Below, piece by piece: positions 59,455 to 64,000 of a DNA stretch of 64,000 bases. The notes beneath the pieces were generated by a model. That model was not told where the DNA came from. It worked only from the letters and a program-made list of their open reading frames with translations, and searched no databases. Position 1 is the stretch's first letter. Each line of letters opens with the position of its first letter. The stretch spans positions 1 to 64,000 of the forward strand of contig NIVC01000371.1 of the NCBI GenBank assembly GCA_002269645.1, written 5' to 3'. The stretch is from Macrostomum lignano. Lineage: Eukaryota. A program made the translations under genes and the position numbers.

Positions 59455-60549
59455 GTGAGCTCCAGCGATCAGTCAGTAGTCACAGTGGATTTCTTCGCCA
59501 GCCGACAATTGTCAATCAGCGATCTACTATTGCCAGAATGCCAACCGGACCTAAACTTGATGGATCTGCTGGACGTTGCAAGCCAATCACCTCGCCGCTG
59601 CTTGTCTCCAGCGCCTGGATTTGTTAGCAAGCGCAAGCAGGCGCATACCATCGTTGCCGAGTCCATCAAGAACGACGACGACGCCAGCAAGCCGTCGCTG
59701 GTCGAACCGAACGAGTTCAAACCGGAGCTTGAAGTGCCCTACCAGCAGTACAATCTGCTAGAGTCGCTTGACAGCCTGCTAGTGAGCCGGCAGAACTCAG
59801 GCGTATTTCTCAAAGACCCGGACGTCTGCCTGATGGACTGGTCGACAATCGCGCCGGCTCCCGCGGTGCAGGAAGCGGCCACCGAGCAGCAGCAGCACCC
59901 GGCGCTGCAGGAGCTGTACAGCAGCTTCCAAACTCGAGGCACCGATGCCGTCGCCGACCCCTCGGCCGCCGCCAGTGGCATCTCCATCATCCCGCTGACG
60001 CCTGACCAGGTCAGCCACCTGACGGCCGCCGCCAGCCCCTGCGGCTCCGACGGATGCCTCCAAATAGTTACCAGCCCGGCTACCATGGAAACCGCAGCAA
60101 CAATCGCTTCGAACGGAGGTCAACAGCCAAAGTCTAAACAGCAGACCGCCAGGCGGCGGCCGCGACAACAGCAGCGGCGATGCGTTGCCGACGCCTCCGA
60201 CGCATCAGACGAGGACGACGTCGACGACAGCGTCGCTTCGCTTCGCGGCGTTTCTCGCGGCGGAGTTAACGACGGCGACGCCGCCGACCCAGACTATCGG
60301 CGCCGGCGCGAGCGAAACAACGTGGCCGTCAGGAAGAGCCGAGCCAAGACGCGGGCTCGCGAGCAGGCCGTCGACCAGACCCTCGGCCGGCTGCGGCTAA
60401 CCAACGATGAGCTGCGCAAGAAGGTCGAGTCGGTGGTGCGCGAGCTGAAGTTTCTCAAATCGTTGATGAACAAGACTCGAATGCCGCTGCCGGCCGAGCT
60501 GCTGGGCGCGCTGCGCAACTATCCCAACTATTTTGAGCCAGTCGAGTGA
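59455..60549 (+). CDS. CEBP: C/EBP-family bZIP transcription factor, intronless
   Basis: DYRRRRERNNVAVRKSRAK basic region followed by a zipper (NDELRKKVESVVRELKFL), diagnostic of C/EBP. First in-frame ATG at 59560; the true start may be 59321 (see findings). Paralog not assignable. Confidence 0.93.
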   Translation: MSSSDQSVVTVDFFASRQLSISDLLLPECQPDLNLMDLLDVASQSPRRCLSPAPGFVSKRKQAHTIVAESIKNDDDASKPSLVEPNEFKPELEVPYQQYNLLESLDSLLVSRQNSGVFLKDPDVCLMDWSTIAPAPAVQEAATEQQQHPALQELYSSFQTRGTDAVADPSAAASGISIIPLTPDQVSHLTAAASPCGSDGCLQIVTSPATMETAATIASNGGQQPKSKQQTARRRPRQQQRRCVADASDASDEDDVDDSVASLRGVSRGGVNDGDAADPDYRRRRERNNVAVRKSRAKTRAREQAVDQTLGRLRLTNDELRKKVESVVRELKFLKSLMNKTRMPLPAELLGALRNYPNYFEPVE

Positions 60550-60867
60550 ACCTCTTAGTTGACAAAAATTCATCCTCTTAGTGAAAACCCCAATTTAACA
60601 GACACAAGGCGCAAAGTCAACAATGCACTACCCGTGAAGCTTACTAATCATAACTTGCTGCACCGTCATAAAAGCTATGAAAACTGACTTGATAATTTTA
60701 TATTTTTACACAATATTCTGCGTTACTATATAGTTCTGTCTCGCATTATTTTAATCAATTTATAGCCGCGATTATTATGTGTCGTTTTGCTTAAAGTAGA
60801 GAAAATACACTGATACTTATTTTTTATTGCAAGATTATATTATTGCATGCCAGCATTTGATGTTGTA

Positions 60868-60873
60868 AATAAA
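60868..60873 (+). promoter_or_regulatory. Polyadenylation signal of C/EBP
   Basis: AATAAA ending an AU-rich ~320-nt 3' UTR. Confidence 0.6.
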
Positions 60874-61034
60874 AAAACATTTCACTCTTCAACCCCGTCT
60901 TATTGATTTCCAAATCAGCAGCTGATCATCTGAGATCAATCGATAAAGTCCGGAGCTTTACATTAAGTTGGCATCAACTCCTTTTTAAATGCGAGTCAGG
61001 GACGGAGCCAGGATTTTAGGTCGCCAAGTATCAA

Positions 61035-62820
61035 GGAGCTTTAGCACCAAGGGACGCCAGCACCAAGGGGCTTTAGCACCAAGGGCTTTAGCACCAAGGG
61101 CTTTATCACCAAGGGGCTTTATCACCAAGGGGCTTTAGCACCAAGGGCTTTAGCACCAAGGGGCTTTATCACCAAGGGGCTTTAGCACCAAGGGGCTTTA
61201 GCACCAAGGGGCTTTAGCACCAAGGGCTTTAGCACCAAGGGGCTTTATCACCAAGGGGCTTTAGCACCAAGGGGCTTTAGCACCAAGGGCTTTAGCACCA
61301 AGGGGCTTTAGCACCAAGGGGCTTTAGCACCAAGGGGCTTTAGCACCAAGGGGCTTTAGCACCAAGGGCTTTAGCACCAAGGGGCTTTATCACCAAGGGG
61401 CTTTAGCACCAAGGGGCTTTATCACCGGGATAGCGACGTTTGCCTGCGGGACGCTTGCCAGCCGACGTTTGCCTGCGGGACGTTTGCCAGCCGACATTTG
61501 CCAGCCGAAGTTTGCCTGCCGGACGTTTGCCAGCCGACATTTGCCTGCCGGACGTTTGCCAGCCGACATTTGCCTGCCGGACGTTTGCCAGCCGACATTT
61601 GCCAGCCGAAGTTTGCCTGCCGGACGTTTGCCAGCCGAAGTTTGCCTGCCGGACGTTTGCCAGCCGACGTTTGCCTGCCGGAAGTTTGCCAGCCAAAATT
61701 TGCTAGCCAATATAAAGCCAGTCAGTGAAAAATTTGATACTGAAACATTCGCAGTTTAGCGGTTTGACAAAAACCGTTTTTACTCCAACTTTTTGACGGT
61801 TATTCGCATGTATACAAGTTTGAAAGCAAAATATATAAATTATGCAGTTCATCAGTCTAACGTCTAATATCTAGTTTAACAACGATTTTGGCACAACATA
61901 TCAAAAGATGAACATTGGGTTTGCCTCGTATGAAAGCAATAACAATTGTTGTGCTGAAAAGATGAAAACTTCCTATCTCCCTATGGCCTTCAAAACATTT
62001 TTCATAGATTTCGAGTGCTGCGTACTTCTACTTTAGTAGTCCTTGGCGTGACTAAGCTTTGCATACGTAGTGTCTAGCGCTTGCTATCCTACTAGCTTGC
62101 TACTGGCGGCTTGTCTGGCTATTCAGCTATATAGCTGGCAAACGTCGGCTGGCAAATGTCGGCTGGCAAACGTCGGCTGGCAAACGTCGGCTGGCAAACG
62201 TCCCGCAGGCAAACGTCCGGCAGGCAAACTTCGGCTGGCAAACGTCCCACTGGCAAACGTCGGCTGGCAAATGTCGGCTGGCAAACGTCCCGCAGGCAAA
62301 CGTCGGCTGGCAAACGTCCCGCAGGCAAACGTCGTAGACCCTTTATCACCAAGGGGCTTTAGCACCAAGGGCTTTAGCACCAAGGGCTTTAGCACCAAGG
62401 GCTTTAGCACCAAGGGCTTTAGCACCAAGGGCTTTAGCACCAAGGGCTTTAGCACCAAGGGGCTTTAGCACCAAGGGCTTTAGCACCAAGGGCTTTAGCA
62501 CCAAGGGGCTTTAGCACCAAGGGCTTTAGCACCAAGGGCTTTAGCACCAAGGGGCTTTAGCACCAAGGGACGCCAGCACCAAGGGGCTTTATCACCAAGG
62601 GGCTTTAGCACCAAGGGCTTTAGCACCAAGGGGCTTTAGCACCAAGGGCTTTAGCACCAAGGGGCTTTAGCACCAAGGGCTTTAGCACCAAGGGGCTTTA
62701 GCACCAAGGGCTTTAGCACCAAGGGGCTTTATCACCAAGGGGATTTAGCACCAAGGGACGCCAGCACCAAGGGGCTTTAGCACCAAGGGACGCCAGCACC
62801 AAGACGCGACAGCACCAAGA
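61035..62820. repeat. 15/16-bp minisatellite (AAGGGGCTTTAGCACC) interrupted by the TIR element
   Basis: Same orientation on both sides: 61035-61426 and 62342-62820. Confidence 0.93.
61427..62341. mobile_element. Non-autonomous foldback/Mutator-like TIR element, 915 bp
   Basis: Ends are GGGatagCGACGTTTGCCTGCGGGACG and, on the reverse strand, GGGtctaCGACGTTTGCCTGCGGGACG. Arms are ~200-270 bp and internally repetitive; flanked by a 9-bp direct repeat TTTATCACC (61418-61426 and 62342-62350). Confidence 0.8.
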
Positions 62821-63729
62821 AGCGTCAGATCTGTGAAGGGGGTGCCTATTTTGGGGAAGAGCGCGGCTCCCCTCGCCCATCCCAACCTACATCTATGGTC
62901 CATCGTGTGGCTTTCAAGAAAGACCTCCCGGTGCGACCTGTCTATAAAACACCCCCCCCCCAGTTAGGTATATAGTCACTCTAAGACCCTTAGCTATTGT
63001 TAGTAGGCTTTTTAAGCCAGTGAGCCCTCGTAGGTGCCCTCGGAGCCTTCCATTTCTGCCTGCAAAGGAGGGGAACAATATACTCGTGCAAAGAATTGTA
63101 AAGTCATTAAATTTAATAATTAAATAAGAATAGCAACTTTTAGACAGGTTATTCCTTGACCTCACACAAAATATTTGCATAAAAATTTACAAACATTTAT
63201 TATGGCAAAAAGAGTTCAGAATTAGGTACAATATTATTTATTTCTTAATTAAAACAAAGTCATAATAGGCATTAATTTCACAAATTCTTGTTTGCAGACT
63301 TTGGTTCCGCGGGTGTATTAAAGAAAGCCAGACTTAGTGTATAATATGATTGAATATTAGGCATTTATAACACTATGCTGTTCCAAAATAACCATTTGCA
63401 TCGAACGGCGAATTTCTCCTAACAAAAATATTATTAATTTTTTAAACGCTCCAAATACGCTTGCGCCTACTGCAAGTCCTTAAAGAAGTAATCAATAAGC
63501 GAATTCTTATCTAAATTTAATAACGACAACAGAAATCGGACTAGCGGAATTGCACACAGAGGCCCAAAGCAGTTTCTCCTTAAGCTTAAAAGATTTCTGA
63601 ATCTACAAAATTTTTGTAAAACTATTTCACAGCCCTGCCTCAGCTTGAAGTAGCTGGGCAGCTGGGCTAAAAGTGCATCTGGTGAAACACTTATTTAAGG
63701 GCCTATTTCGAAACCAGCCCAGTTTGCTC

Positions 63730-63890
63730 CAGTTTGTGAATATTATAGATTGTGAATACTCTTGTTTGTGAATATTATAGATTGTGAATACTCTAGTTTG
63801 TGAATCTTACAGTTTTGTGAATCCTCTAATTTTTGAATACTCTAGTTTGTGAAGTTTCTGGTTTGTGAAGATTCTATAGTTTGTGAATCT
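63730..63890. repeat. Degenerate ~19-bp repeat (GTTTGTGAAT...)
   Basis: Direct reading. Confidence 0.75.
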
Positions 63891-64000
63891 TGCAAACGAC
63901 CCTGTGCACACTAATAGACCTTTTACACCAGTTAATCAAAATAGTCAAAGATTGCAGCTCAGTCTGGGTGATAGTTCACCAGCCGCTGTCCAACCAGATA

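Overview
Eukaryotic (animal) genomic DNA: GC-rich exons separated by introns that mostly carry their own mini- or microsatellite. The style resembles the flatworm Macrostomum, but that is an inference and cannot be proven from the window. Three genes are supported. (1) The 3' part of a giant + strand cadherin gene, 1 to ~45.8 kb, with the 5' end upstream of the window. It has about 38 exons, about 30 extracellular cadherin (EC) repeats, no EGF/LamG modules, a CDH23-type membrane-adjacent domain (MAD), one TM helix, and a cytoplasmic tail ending in the class I PDZ-binding motif STAL. It also has an RRRR furin-like loop and several calcium-motif-free linkers. (2) A three-coding-exon minus-strand gene of unrecognised family (51373 to 47004), convergent with the cadherin. 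(3) An intronless C/EBP-family bZIP gene (~59.3-60.55 kb). Five clear single-base C/G deletions break otherwise intact reading frames and are probably consensus errors. Mobile DNA includes a 915-bp foldback/Mutator-like TIR element with a 9-bp TSD (61427-62341) and four copies of a small hairpin-containing dispersed element, one of which has spawned a 32 x 16-bp minisatellite. Nearly all long ORFs in the supplied track that lie over tandem repeats are artefacts. Exon boundaries were derived by hand from GT-AG sites, phase continuity and cadherin motifs.
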